Assembly: GCA_021846845.1 (NCBI GenBank)
Contig: JAJZWB010000001.1
Coordinates: 1,476-65,475, forward strand
Length of the DNA: 64,000 bases
From: Actinomycetes bacterium
GTDB taxonomy: Bacteria > Actinomycetota > Thermoleophilia > Solirubrobacterales > Solirubrobacteraceae
Direction of reading: 5' to 3'
Every line of letters begins with the position of its first letter. Position 1 is the first letter of the stretch. This document shows, piece by piece, positions 1 through 12,135 of this stretch. Both the position numbers and the translations under genes were made by a program. The notes under the pieces are model-generated. The model was not told the DNA's origin. It ran no database searches and was given only the letters and a program-made list of their open reading frames with translations.

Positions 1-637
1 TCGAGTCGAACGCGAACAGCAGGTCGGTGCTGCCGATCGCGAGCAGCGCCAGGAGCAGCGGGGTGAACGCGCGGCGGCCGTGCACGCGCGTGACGATCCT
101 CCCGCCGTCGTAGCGGTCGCTGAACGGCAGGGCTCGGCGGGCCGCCGCGACCAGCGGGTTGTCCTCGATCCTCGGCTCGGCGTCGCGGTGGCGGTACAGC
201 TGCAGCGCGGTCGCCAGCAGCGCCAGGCCGAACACCAGGAACATGAAAGAGAAGGACGCCAGCAGTGCCGCTCCGAGTGCGATGAACACGCCGCGCAGGA
301 TGAGCGCGATCGCGATCCCGATCGTCAGCGTCCTGGGCTGCTGCTCGGCGGGCACCGCGAACGCGCCGACGATGATCACGAACACGAACAGGTTGTCGAT
401 CGAGAGGCTCTTCTCGACCACGTAGCCGGCGAAGTACTGGGTACCGAGGTCCCAGCCGGCGATCAGCCCGAGCGCCACGCCGAACAGGGCGGCGGCCGAG
501 ATGTAGAACAGCGACCAGAGGACCGCCTCACGAAAGCCGACCGCGTGCGGACGACGCCCGAGGAGGATCCAGTCGACCGTCAGCAGCGCCGCGACCAGCG
601 CGAGCGTGAGCGCCCACGTCGTGAAGGTGATCTGCAA
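1..637 (-). CDS. TerC family integral membrane protein, N-terminal ~212 codons (3' end lies beyond window start)
   Basis: Not in the ORF track because it runs off the window. My minus-strand translation from TTG 635-637 reads MQITFTTWALTLALVAALLTVDWILLGRRPHAVGFREAVLWSLFYI...GYVVEKSLSIDNLFVFVIIVGAFAVPAEQQ...LLALLAIGSTDLLFAFDS. SLSxDNxFVF and DLxFAxDS are TerC-family hallmarks. GC3 bias is strong. Confidence 0.75.
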   Translation of the reverse strand, partial: MQITFTTWALTLALVAALLTVDWILLGRRPHAVGFREAVLWSLFYISAAALFGVALGLIAGWDLGTQYFAGYVVEKSLSIDNLFVFVIIVGAFAVPAEQQPRTLTIGIAIALILRGVFIALGAALLASFSFMFLVFGLALLATALQLYRHRDAEPRIEDNPLVAAARRALPFSDRYDGGRIVTRVHGRRAFTPLLLALLAIGSTDLLFAFDS

Positions 638-657
638 GGCGGCGCCGCTCCCGGCCG

Positions 658-1284
658 CTACAGGATCGAAACGGCGAAGTGCAGGGCGGCGGCGCCGAGC
701 GTGAGCTCGAGCGCGACACCGGCGACCCCGAGCAGCATCCCCCCAAGCGCGACGGCCGCATCCTCCAGCAGAACGCCGAGCGAGAGGATGACCACGCCGA
801 GCGCGGGCAGGGTATCGAGCCCGCTGAACGGCGGCGCGACGAAGGCGCCGGCGGTCCCGGCGAGCGCGAGCGCGCCGAACACGGCGTCGGTGAAGCGTCG
901 GTGGAACATGAAGCGCAGCCGCGGACGGGAGTATCGCTCCAGCCGGCGGATCAACCGCATCAGCGATGAGACGAAGCGCCGCTGGCGCTGGCCGCCGAGC
1001 TCGATCGCGCGCCATCGCCGTGGCAGCCAGACCTCACGACGTCCCGCGATCAGCTGCAGCGCCACCAGCGCCGCGATCAGCTCGAAGACGTGCGTCACGC
1101 CGCCGGTCGGCAGCGGCAGCGCCGGGACTCCGAGCAGGATGACGAGAAGCACCGCGAAGCTCTTGTCCCCGAACGCGCGGACGAGGCTTCCCAGCGTGCT
1201 GCCGTCCTCGCCCGCCAGCCACCGCTCTAGCTGGTCGCTGACGCGACCGGTCGCCTCGAGGATGGCCGGCGGGGAGGGGCGCAT
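658..1284 (-). CDS. ExoD-like exopolysaccharide synthesis membrane protein
   Basis: Distal 208 codons of ORF 658..1500, from the internal ATG (MRPSPPAILEATGRVSDQLERWLAG...). GDKSFAVLLVILLGVPALPLPTGGVTHVFELIAALVALQLIAGRREVWLPRRW plus further TM segments fit the ExoD family as I recall it. The 72 upstream codons are Arg/His-rich filler. Confidence 0.65.
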   Translation of the reverse strand: MRPSPPAILEATGRVSDQLERWLAGEDGSTLGSLVRAFGDKSFAVLLVILLGVPALPLPTGGVTHVFELIAALVALQLIAGRREVWLPRRWRAIELGGQRQRRFVSSLMRLIRRLERYSRPRLRFMFHRRFTDAVFGALALAGTAGAFVAPPFSGLDTLPALGVVILSLGVLLEDAAVALGGMLLGVAGVALELTLGAAALHFAVSIL

Positions 1285-1530
1285 CGTCAGAGGGCCGGCG
1301 CGAAGGTGCGGGTATGGGTGGCGACACGAGTCGCGGTGATGCTCATGCTCTCGAGTCTCCTTTCGACTGAGCGCCTGTTTGACGATCAGCCGAAGGTCTC
1401 TCCCGCCCACATGGGGCCGGCGCGCCCGGGTCTCTGGGACCGTACTGACGAGCGACGCCCGTTCGGGGATACTGCCCCCCGGCACATACCATCCTAGCAA
1501 TCGCGATCGGCAGCCCGGGGCGGGAGCCGA

Positions 1531-2856
1531 TCAGGTGGACGCGCGGCGACGGGGCGCCGTCCCGGCGCCGCTCACGTCGACCGCTCGCGCCGGGATCAGG
1601 GCGCGCACCCGCGTGCCCCTGCCCGGGTCGGTCGTGATCCGGACGCTCCCGCCCAGCGACTCGACCCGCATCGCCACCGACGCAAGGCCGACGTGTCCCT
1701 GGGCCAGGGCCCGGCGTGGACGCTCCCGGTCCATCCCGATGCCGTCGTCGCCAACCTCGAAGGCGATCCCCGCGCCGGTTCGGCGGAGCGTGATAGCCAC
1801 GCGGTTCGCACGGGCGTGCCGGACGACGTTGCTGAGCAGTTCCTGCGCCAGAGAGACGATCAGCTGGGCGCGGAGAGCGAGCGCCGCGGGCTCGACGTCG
1901 ACGTGCACCTCGAAGCCGCCGCGGCCCGCGTGCAGGTCGGCGAGCGCCTTCAGGGCGGACGCCAACCCACCCCGCTCGAGCGTCACGGGGTGAAGGGCGG
2001 TCACGGCGCTGCGCAGCTCCCGGATCGCTTCCACGATCGCCTCGCGTGCCTGCGAGGCAGCGGCGTCTTGGTCGCCACCGCCTCGTTCGAGCTTGGCCAG
2101 GTCCTGACGGGCGCTCAGCAGGCTCTGCAGCACCTCGTCGTGCAGCAGCTGGGAGATCCGCTCCCGGGTGCGGTCCTCGGCGTCGAGCGCGTCCGCCATG
2201 ATCCGGCGCCGTTCGTCGGCGAGCCTGGCGACCTGCTCGGCGAGCGCGGCGATCTCGCGGTTGCGCTCCCGCAGCGCGCGTTCGGCGTGGTTGCGCTCGA
2301 TCGCCAGCCCGAGGGTGTTCGCCACGGTGTGCAGGAAGTCCACGTCCTCCTCGCCGAAGCTCCGCGGCGCGCGCGTGTGCGCGCCCAGCACACCCCAGGG
2401 GACCGTGTCGCGCCGCGCGCCGCGGCCGTGGATCACGACCGTCAGCCCGCTGACGACCCCGTGGTCCAGCAGCAGCGCGGGCGCTCTGAAGCGCCGTTCG
2501 CGCCGCAGGTCCTCCACGACCACCGGCTCGTCCCTCGCGACCGTGAACCCGGCCAGGGATCCGCGCCCGGTCTCCACCGTCGCCGCCCCGACGAGGCCTG
2601 CCTGCAGCCCGAACGCGGCGCGCAGTCGCAGGCAGCCGCCGCCGGGGTCAAGCTCGAACGCCTGCACGAGGTCGGCGCCGAGCGTGTGCGCGACCGCCGT
2701 CGTCGCCTGCGCGAGCAGCCCCTCCAGCGGCTCGCCGCCCAGCGCGAGCAGGCCCAGCTGCGCCAGGGCCGACTGCTGCGCGGCGCGGCTGCGCAGCAGC
2801 TCCGTGTCGCGGTGGCGCCGACCGTCGTCCGATGCCGCGACGCCGCGGGCGCGCAC
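1531..2856 (-). CDS. GAF-domain sensor histidine kinase (HisKA_3, NarL-partner type)
   Basis: ORF 1531..2856. It has an N-terminal GAF-like region, H-box RISQLLHDEVLQSL, N-box LAQELLSNVVRHA, and G-boxes VGDDGIGM and GHVGLASV. Its ATG lies 4 nt after the stop of the upstream regulator. Confidence 0.85.
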   Translation of the reverse strand: MRARGVAASDDGRRHRDTELLRSRAAQQSALAQLGLLALGGEPLEGLLAQATTAVAHTLGADLVQAFELDPGGGCLRLRAAFGLQAGLVGAATVETGRGSLAGFTVARDEPVVVEDLRRERRFRAPALLLDHGVVSGLTVVIHGRGARRDTVPWGVLGAHTRAPRSFGEEDVDFLHTVANTLGLAIERNHAERALRERNREIAALAEQVARLADERRRIMADALDAEDRTRERISQLLHDEVLQSLLSARQDLAKLERGGGDQDAAASQAREAIVEAIRELRSAVTALHPVTLERGGLASALKALADLHAGRGGFEVHVDVEPAALALRAQLIVSLAQELLSNVVRHARANRVAITLRRTGAGIAFEVGDDGIGMDRERPRRALAQGHVGLASVAMRVESLGGSVRITTDPGRGTRVRALIPARAVDVSGAGTAPRRRAST

Positions 2857-2859
2857 GGC

Positions 2860-3504
2860 TCACTCCAGCAGCCCGGCGCGCATCGCCCGCGCCACGGCGG
2901 CAGCGCGGTCGGACACGCCCAATTTCTCGTAGACGTTCTGGAGGTGGCTGCGGACCGTGGCGGCGCCGAGCTGGAGCCGGGCGGCGATCTCCGGCGCGGT
3001 CAACCCATCGGCGGTGAGGACCAGCACCTCCCTCTCACGCGTCGTCAGGACCGGCCGCTCGACGACCTCGCGCCGTCGTATCTCGCCGGCGAGGCCGGTC
3101 TGCGCCTCCGGAGCGATCACCACCCGCCCGCGTGAGGCCGCCGCGACCGCGTCGAGGATCTCGTCGCGGTCGGCCTCCTTTGACAGGTAGCCGCAGGCGC
3201 CGCTGGCGATCGCCCGGTAGACCAGGTCGCTGTCGAGGTGCGCCGAGAGGAACACGATCCGCGTCCGCAGCTGGTCCCGCCGCGCTGCCGAGAGCACCTC
3301 AAGCCCCGACAGCCCGGGGATCCGCATGTCGATCACCGCCACGTCGGGCTCAAGCGACCGGAGATCGGCGAGCGCGTCGCGGCCGTCGGCGGCCTGCCCG
3401 ACGAGCTCCAGCTCGGGACGGAGCTTCACCTCCTGAACGATCCCGCGCAGGAAGATCGGGTGGTCGTCGGCCAGGTAGACCCTGATGCGCGCTCTCGGAG
3501 GCAT
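2860..3504 (-). CDS. NarL/LuxR-family response regulator
   Basis: Distal part of ORF 2860..3888, from ATG 3504 (alternative ATG 3525). Receiver motifs are IRVYLADDHPIFLRG and VIDMRIPGLSG. The C-terminal LuxR HTH is TTREREVLVLTADGLTAPEIAARLQLGAATVRSHLQNVYEKLGV. Confidence 0.9.
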   Translation of the reverse strand: MPPRARIRVYLADDHPIFLRGIVQEVKLRPELELVGQAADGRDALADLRSLEPDVAVIDMRIPGLSGLEVLSAARRDQLRTRIVFLSAHLDSDLVYRAIASGACGYLSKEADRDEILDAVAAASRGRVVIAPEAQTGLAGEIRRREVVERPVLTTREREVLVLTADGLTAPEIAARLQLGAATVRSHLQNVYEKLGVSDRAAAVARAMRAGLLE

Positions 3505-3533
3505 GTCAGCCGCTCTCGGAGGCATGTCGCCTC
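3492..3533. repeat. 21-nt tandem duplication (x2) spanning the regulator start codon
   Basis: ctctcggaggcatgtcagccg / ctctcggaggcatgtcgcctc. On the minus strand this duplicates ATG-CCT-CCG-AGA-GC, giving MPPRAADMPPRA. Confidence 0.9.
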
Positions 3534-3906
3534 TCGTCGATTGTCCTCCCGGCGGCCTCACGGTTGTCGCAGTCGATCGTGGTGCGCGCTGCGATCCTGT
3601 CGCCAGGGGCTCGATCGGCCGCGGGCCCCGAGCGCGACACGCGGGCGGCGGCTCGATCGTCGCGGCGGCGCCTCCCACAGCCGGATGGCTGCAACCAGGG
3701 TCGGGATCGGCGGATCGTGGGATGGCACCGGGCCCGGGGGGAGCGCATCCTGAGGTTGGTCCAAATCCCGGCCGCGTCCGGGGACCCGGATCGAACCCGG
3801 GCGTCATCGGAACACGGGAGCCGGACGCAATCCGAGCGTCATCCGGACAAGGCGCGTCGCGGCGGCTGGCTCGGCGCGCCCCCGACAACCATCAGGAGGC
3901 AGAGCC

Positions 3907-4572
3907 ATGGAGGCTGCTCAGATCACTCGACGCGATGCAGGGCGGGAGGCGGTGACCGCTCCGGCGCGGCCCGCGCCCGAGCACGGGTGGTGGGCGCCCG
4001 CCGACCCGGCGCCGCTGGGGCTTGCCGGCTTCGCGCTCACGACGTTCATCCTCGGGCTGGTCAACGCCAACGCGATCAGCGGGTCCGACGTGTACGTGGT
4101 GCTGAGCGTGGCCGGGGCGTATGGCGGGCTGGTGCAGCTGCTGGCGGGGATGTGGTCGTTCGCCGAGCGCAACAACTTCGCCGCGGTCGCGTTCAGCTCC
4201 TACGGCGCGTTCTGGATCTCGTTCGTGTTGCTGATCCAGTTCTTCCTGCCGGAGGCCGCCAAGGCAGGTGGGCCCCTGGCCGCCAACCACGCGGTCGCGA
4301 TCTACCTGCTCTGCTGGGGCTGGTTCACCTTCTACATGTGGCTGGCGACGTTCCGCAGCAACATCGCGCTCAACCTCGTGTTCCTGACGCTGTGGATCGC
4401 CTACCTGCTGCTGGGGATCGGGGCGCTGGGCCACGGACACCCGACGATCACGCATTGGGGCGGGTACGTGACCGCTGCCTGCGCGGTGATCGCCTGGTAC
4501 GTCTCGGCGGCGCATGTGCTCAACCACCATTTCGGTCGCACCCTGCTGCCGCTCGTCCCGCTGACGCGCTGA
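3907..4572 (+). CDS. GPR1/FUN34/YaaH-family acetate/succinate channel (SatP-like)
   Basis: ORF 3907..4572. DPAPLGLAGFALTTF and NNFAAVAFSSYGAFW match the NPAPLGL and SYG.FW family signatures. There are six hydrophobic segments. Confidence 0.8.
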   Translation: MEAAQITRRDAGREAVTAPARPAPEHGWWAPADPAPLGLAGFALTTFILGLVNANAISGSDVYVVLSVAGAYGGLVQLLAGMWSFAERNNFAAVAFSSYGAFWISFVLLIQFFLPEAAKAGGPLAANHAVAIYLLCWGWFTFYMWLATFRSNIALNLVFLTLWIAYLLLGIGALGHGHPTITHWGGYVTAACAVIAWYVSAAHVLNHHFGRTLLPLVPLTR

Positions 4573-4636
4573 GGATCCACGGGCACACGGCAGGGCATCC
4601 CGCAGGACGGACTCCCGATCGGAGGCTCCCCCGGTC

Positions 4637-4849
4637 GTGGGGCCCGGCCTCCCTCGGCGCCTCCCACAGCCTGTTCGACGCCATGAGTGCTTCGTCGTGA
4701 TCGTCGTCGCCGCCGCCATCGCCATCTCGCTGCTGTGCGTGCTCGTCGTGGCGGCGGTCGTCCGACACGACCGGTCGTGGGCGCGCAAGCTCGCGCGCGA
4801 GATCAGGGCGCTGCCCGAGACGTCGCATCGGCCGCGGGAGCGGGCATGA
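4637..4849 (+). CDS. hypothetical small single-pass membrane protein
   Basis: The GTG start lies 11 nt after GGAGG (4621-4625). A TM segment CFVVIVVAAAIAISLLCVLVVAAVV is followed by a basic tail. GC3 bias is good. I recognise no family. Confidence 0.35.
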   Translation: MGPGLPRRLPQPVRRHECFVVIVVAAAIAISLLCVLVVAAVVRHDRSWARKLAREIRALPETSHRPRERA

Positions 4850-4981
4850 GGTGGGAGCGGACGCCGCGGCCGGCCGGCTCGCCGCCGGCCGCGGCGGGGA
4901 TCCGGCGCCCGATGGTGCGCGGCGCGGCCGGCTGGCCGGGTGGCCGCCGGCTGCCGGCCGCGGGGGCTCGCCCTGCTCCGC

Positions 4982-5392
4982 TCAGGCGCCCGATGGCTCG
5001 GCGGCGTACTCGTCCTCGGAGACGTGCTCGCCCCAGTTGACGGCCGTGCCGGAGTCGTCCACCTCCTGCATCGCGATGTGGGCCATGAAGCGATCGGGAG
5101 CGGCGCCGTGCCAGTGCTCCTCGCCTGGCTCGAAGAACACCCTGTCGCCGGCTCGGATCGCCTCGACGGGACCGCCGCGCCGCTGGCAGCGCCCGACGCC
5201 CTCGGTCACGTAGATCGTCTGGCCGTTGGGATGCGTGTGCCACGCGGTCCGCGCGCCGGGGGTGAAGTGGACGTTGCTCGATGCGATCCTGGATCCGGCG
5301 GTGGGGACCGCGACGGCGTCGAGGTACACGTCCCCCATGAACCAGTCGTTCGGGCCGGTCGTGGTGGCGACCGAGCTTCGGGTGATCTGCAT
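4982..5392 (-). CDS. cupin-domain protein
   Basis: ORF 4982..5392. WHTHPNGQTIYVTEGVG and GDRVFFEPGEEHWHGA correspond to the two cupin motifs. Confidence 0.75.
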   Translation of the reverse strand: MQITRSSVATTTGPNDWFMGDVYLDAVAVPTAGSRIASSNVHFTPGARTAWHTHPNGQTIYVTEGVGRCQRRGGPVEAIRAGDRVFFEPGEEHWHGAAPDRFMAHIAMQEVDDSGTAVNWGEHVSEDEYAAEPSGA

Positions 5393-5467
5393 GCTGTCCT
5401 CCTCGCTTGGTTGGCAGGGCGACGGCCGGCCCGGCCGGATGCGGGCCCGTGCCGGTGGGCGTCCCCC

Positions 5468-6685
5468 TCAAGGATGACCATGCGAGCGGGCCTTGGCGTC
5501 GACGGGTTCGCGCCCGCCGGCTTCGGGCCGTTCCGGGCTCGGCTCGCGCCGGTCCCCGAACAGCTCCCGGTGCAGCTCCACGAGCGCTGAGATGTCGTGG
5601 ACGTCGGCCTCCCGGTCGCTGAGACGGAACGGGGCGGGCTCGTCGAGCGCGTCGGCGAGCCGCCTCATGGCGAGCCGGTCGCGCCGCGCGAGCTGCTCGA
5701 ACTCGGCCGCGCTGCGGCCCACCTTCGCGGCCAGCTCGGTCCCGAGCGCCGGAGCCAGGCGTGCGGCCGTCACCGCCGCATCTCGCGTGTCCTCGGAGCC
5801 GGCGTGGAAGCGGTTGAGGATCAGCCCGCGGCTGTGAAGCCCGCCGCGATCGAGACGCTGCGCGAAGTAGATCGCCTCCTCGACGGGGCCCCGTTCGGGC
5901 GAGGTGACGATCAGGAAGGCGGTCGCGGGGTCGGCGAGCAGCTCGCGCACGGCCGCGGCGCGCTCGTGGAAGCCGGAGAGCAGCTCGGCGACCAGCCGGA
6001 AGAACGTGGTCAGGTCGTCGAGCAGGGCCACGCCCGTGATCCGGCGGATCGCGGCGAACACGATCCCCGCGGCCCGGGCCGCGTGACCGGTCGGTCCCAG
6101 CAGGCCGGCGGCAGCCCGCCCCTCCAGGAACGCGAGCAGCCGGTCCGGCGCTTCCAGGAAGTCGATCGCGTTGCGTGACGGCGGCGTGTCGAGCACGATC
6201 GCGTCGAACGCCCCGCTGCGCTCGAGCTCGAACAGCTTGGCCATCGCCGTGTACTCCTGCGAGCCGGCGACGGCGGTCGACAGCTGCCGGTAGACCGGGT
6301 TGGCGAGGATCGCCCTCGCCGTCTCCGCAGCCGGTGCCAGCAGCTCGATCAGCTCGTCGAAGGTGCGCTTGACGTCCAGCATCATCGCGTGCAGCTCGCC
6401 GCGCAGCTCGAGGCCGGAGCTCTCGAGCAGCGCGGGCTCGACCGGCTGGGGCTCGTTCCCCAGCTCGGGCAGGCCCAGCGCCTCCGCCAGGCGCCGGGCG
6501 GGATCGATCGTGACGACGGCCACCCGTCGCCCGGTCGCGGCGAGCCCCAGCCCGACGGTCGCCGCGACCGTCGTCTTGCCGACGCCCCCGGCGCCGGCGC
6601 AGATCACCACGCTCGCGTCCGCGAGCCGGGCCGCGAGGTCGAGCTCGGCGGCGGCCTCACGTTTGGGCCGATGGCGGACGGTCAC
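5468..6685 (-). CDS. ArsA/Get3-family ATPase-like protein (second of a pair)
   Basis: ORF 5468..6685. Motifs are the P-loop VICAGAGGVGKTTVAA, VVTIDPARRL, IVLDTPPS and FLIVTSPE. The layout matches the paired ArsA-like ATPases of Actinomycetota. Confidence 0.85.
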   Translation of the reverse strand: MTVRHRPKREAAAELDLAARLADASVVICAGAGGVGKTTVAATVGLGLAATGRRVAVVTIDPARRLAEALGLPELGNEPQPVEPALLESSGLELRGELHAMMLDVKRTFDELIELLAPAAETARAILANPVYRQLSTAVAGSQEYTAMAKLFELERSGAFDAIVLDTPPSRNAIDFLEAPDRLLAFLEGRAAAGLLGPTGHAARAAGIVFAAIRRITGVALLDDLTTFFRLVAELLSGFHERAAAVRELLADPATAFLIVTSPERGPVEEAIYFAQRLDRGGLHSRGLILNRFHAGSEDTRDAAVTAARLAPALGTELAAKVGRSAAEFEQLARRDRLAMRRLADALDEPAPFRLSDREADVHDISALVELHRELFGDRREPSPERPEAGGREPVDAKARSHGHP

Positions 6686-6746
6686 GGCAGCCGGTCAGCG
6701 AGCCGGCCCGCGGTCTGAGCGGGGTGTCGCGGTTGGCGTGGGAACG

Positions 6747-7783
6747 TCACGGCAGCCGGTCCTCGAGCAGGTCCGCCAGGTGCTCGACACCGGCCCGATC
6801 GAGCTCGCCGTCGAACATCATCGGCAGCGTGATGCAGCGCACGCCGCGCATGCCACGGCGCAGGCGGGCGAGCTGCGTCCTCTGCCTGACCGCGCGGCCG
6901 TGGATCCATCGCGCCGCGCGGATGGCCGGATCATCGCCCGCGGCGGCGAGCGCGGTCCGCTCCTCGGAGCTCAGGCGCAGCGGGAACAGGCGGTTGACCA
7001 CCGCCGCCTGGAGCGAGATCCCGAACCGCGCCGCGAGCTCGTCACGCAGGCCGAGGGCCTCGCTGACGGGCATCTGCTCCGGTGTGGCGACCACCACGAC
7101 GCCGAGCGAGCCGGGGTCGCGCAGGGCGCCGTCGATCGCCCCGGCCTGACGGGCCACTGGCCCGACGCGCGCTATGGCGCCGAACGTCCGCGGAGCCCCC
7201 AGGAGGCCGATCAGCTCCCCGCTCGCGGGCGCGTCGAGCACGACCAGGTCATAGCCGGCCGCGTCGCGCCCCGTCCGCTGCCGGCGCGTGAGCTCCCAGA
7301 CCTTGCCGATGGTCAACAGCTCGCTCAGACCGGGGGTGGCGTCGACGAACAGCTTGAACGTGCTGCTGCGCGCCAGCAGCGCGGCCGGCAGCCGGCCCGG
7401 CGTCTCGTTGCGCAGGTACTCCTCCAGGGCGGAGCGCCGGTCGATCGTCACGTGCCGCAGAGCTGGCGCCGGCTCCCGCTCCGGCGCGCCGCCATGAGGC
7501 GCGTGCAGCCGGTGGTGGTCGCCGGGTGAGAGCGTCCCTGGGGCCGCGTCGGTCATCACCCCGGGCGGCGCCGGAATCCGAGAGCCGTCGACGGACCCCG
7601 GCGCCCGCGGGCGGGCGGTCGGCGGTCCGAGGATGCGATACATCTCGCTGCGGCCTCCCACCTCGGCGATTGCCGTGCGCAGCCCGCGGCTCGCGGCGGC
7701 GATGCCGACCGCGGCGGCCACGGTCGAGCGCCCCACGCCGCCCTTGCCTGCGATCACGAGCAGGCGCCCGTGAGGGGCCGGCT

Positions 7784-7787
<4 letters not shown>
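6747..7787 (-). CDS. ArsA/Get3-family ATPase-like protein (first of a pair)
   Basis: Distal 346 codons of ORF 6747..8330. The GTG at 7785-7787 overlaps the ppsA TGA (GTGA). Motifs are VKPAPHGRLLVIAGKGGVGRSTVAA, LVVLDAPASGE and VVVVATPEQMPVSE. The upstream part of the ORF overlaps ppsA and is rejected. Confidence 0.8.
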
Positions 7788-10194
<2,407 letters not shown>

Positions 10195-10198
<4 letters not shown>

Positions 10199-10935
10199 GG
10201 CCGATCGGCCGACCCGCCTGCCGGGCCGGCGCTCAGCTCGGCGTGGATCCGCGCGAGCTCGTCGTCGACGGCGCGGCCGGCGCCCAGCTGCTGAAGCTGG
10301 CGGTCGACCTCGTCCTGGGGCGGGCCCAGCGCGGTCAGGTCCTCAAGCGTGCCGGCAGCCTGGAGCTCTGACACGGCGTCGGCTCGGGCCCTCATGGTCT
10401 CGGCCTTGTCGACGGCTCGCTGCATCGCGAGGCCCACATCGGCCATGTCGTCGCCGATCCCGGTCGCGGCCTCGGAGATGCGGACCTCGGCCTCAGCGGC
10501 TGAGTACTGCGCCTTGATCACCTCCTTGCGGGAGCGGAACTGCTCGATCCTGGCGCGCAGCTGCCGTTCGGCCGCGGTCAGCCTCTCCTGCTCGGACTCA
10601 AGCTCGGCGACCTGCCGATCGAGCGAGCCTGTCTCCCCGACGATCAGCTGCCTTCGCTCGATCGCCGTGCGCGCGAGGTCCTCTCGCCCGGCGGCGACAG
10701 CCTCACGCGCCTCCCCGTCCAGCCGCTGGGCCTGGCGGCGCAGATCCGCCTCCTGGAGCGCCAGGCGCTTCTTGGAGGTGACCACCTCGGCGATCCCCTG
10801 CTTGACCCGCTGCAGATCCTCCAGCTGGCGCTCATATGCGTAGTCGAGCGTCTCGGCCGGTTCCTCGGCTCGGTTCAGCAGGCTGCTGATCTTCGCCTTG
10901 ACCAGCGTCGAGACGCGCCCAGTGAGTCCGGGCAT
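10195..10935 (-). CDS. pspA: PspA/IM30-family membrane stress protein
   Basis: Distal 246 codons of ORF 10195..11019, from ATG 10935. MPGLTGRVSTLVKAKISSLLNRAEEPAETLDYAYERQLEDLQRVKQ is followed by a long coiled coil typical of PspA/Vipp1. Its stop overlaps the ppsA ATG (ATGA at 10195-10198). Confidence 0.85.
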
Positions 10936-11046
10936 CAGATCCTCCTGTCTTCCTGGTCGGCGCTCGCCGTGGTCTGCGGGCGCCCGAGGCCCGCGGTTCT
11001 CGGCCGCCGCCGATGACAAGCTCGCTGTGGTTGACGGGCCACGACG

Positions 11047-11346
11047 CTAGTGCTGGGGACGGAGCCGTTCCATCTCTCGCCGCACCTCCTCCTCCGTGAT
11101 CGGGCGCCGTCCGTAGACGTCCCAGGCGTTGAGCACGACCCCGATCGCCCACAGCCCGGTCACCCAGGCAGGCCACGGATATCCGGCGCCGGTCACCGCC
11201 CAGACCCCCCACACGGCGGCGTTGACGACGACGTAGACGAACAGGTGCGCCCCGAAGTCGCGGCGCTTCTTGATGCGCTCCATGGCGGCGTCGCGCGCAG
11301 TCCGCTCCTCGCCGGGCGCGCCGTCCTCTCGCGGCTCGCTGCTCAT
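11047..11346 (-). CDS. 2TM-domain membrane protein
   Basis: Last 99 codons of ORF 11047..12267, from ATG 11346. KKRRDFGAHLFVYVVVNAAVWGVWAVTGAGYPWPAWVTGLWAIGVVLNAWDVY fits the 2TM domain pattern. The upstream 300 codons are Arg/Pro/Gly filler. Confidence 0.7.
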   Translation of the reverse strand: MSSEPREDGAPGEERTARDAAMERIKKRRDFGAHLFVYVVVNAAVWGVWAVTGAGYPWPAWVTGLWAIGVVLNAWDVYGRRPITEEEVRREMERLRPQH

Positions 11347-11791
11347 GACTGCAATCAACCAGCGGATGGGGCCGGGGCCATCGGGGGGATGCCGCGAGCC
11401 GGGACCGTGGGTTTCCGCCGACCCTCCCGTGCGGGTCGGCGGCGACGCCGCCGTCGGCGTTCCAGTGCTGCCCCCGTGCCGCCCGCCCCGTCCCCGTGCC
11501 GCCCGGTGCCGGCTGCTTCGTTGCGGTCTCCGTACTTTGCCGGCTTTCAGAGTGTGGCGGCCCCGCCCGCGCCTGTGGTGGGCGCCCGATGGCGGGTGCG
11601 TGATGCGGGCGGATGATCGGTGCACAAGGTCGCAGGGAGATCGCGCAATGGTCCAGACAACAGCCCCCAGCCCAGCCCGCGGCGAGCCGTCGCGCGCATG
11701 CGCGGGTGGCGGTTGCCACGGAGCGCACGTGCGGCGCCTGAGGCCGCCTCGTGTCCCCATCGGGAGCATGAGCACCTGGACGCGGATCCAG

Positions 11792-11824
11792 GGGCCCGGG
11801 CCCGACCTGGTCGGGCCCGGGCCC
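11792..11824. repeat. 33-nt perfect GC palindrome (15-nt arms, 3-nt centre)
   Basis: gggcccgggcccgac-ctg-gtcgggcccgggccc, lying inside the 790-bp non-coding gap. Confidence 0.9.
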
Positions 11825-12135
11825 ACTTCCTTCGCTTGCCAACCGCATCGCCGCCTGCCCGCCTCGCCGGGCGACGGGTCTGTCGAGCCGCGGTCCCGGT
11901 GCGCAGCGGGTTCATCGGGTGCAGGGTCGGTCGGCTTGCCGCTGCCCCGAGCGCCGGCTTGCCGCTGCCCCCACGTGTGACGCTGCGGTCCGCGGCGCGC
12001 GATGGTGCGATCCGCGGCGCGCGATGCTGAGGTCCGCTTCGCGCCGGCGGGATCCTTGTCGTCGCGGTTGGATCGAGCCGGGATGCGCTCGCCAGGCGCT
12101 CGCGAAGGCGGCCTGCCGGCCACAATCGTCAGGCG

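Noticed and set aside
80-1339. 419-aa plus-strand ORF
   Set aside because: It is antisense to the TerC and ExoD genes, which carry clear family motifs. Its translation is Arg/Glu/Asp/Gln-rich filler.
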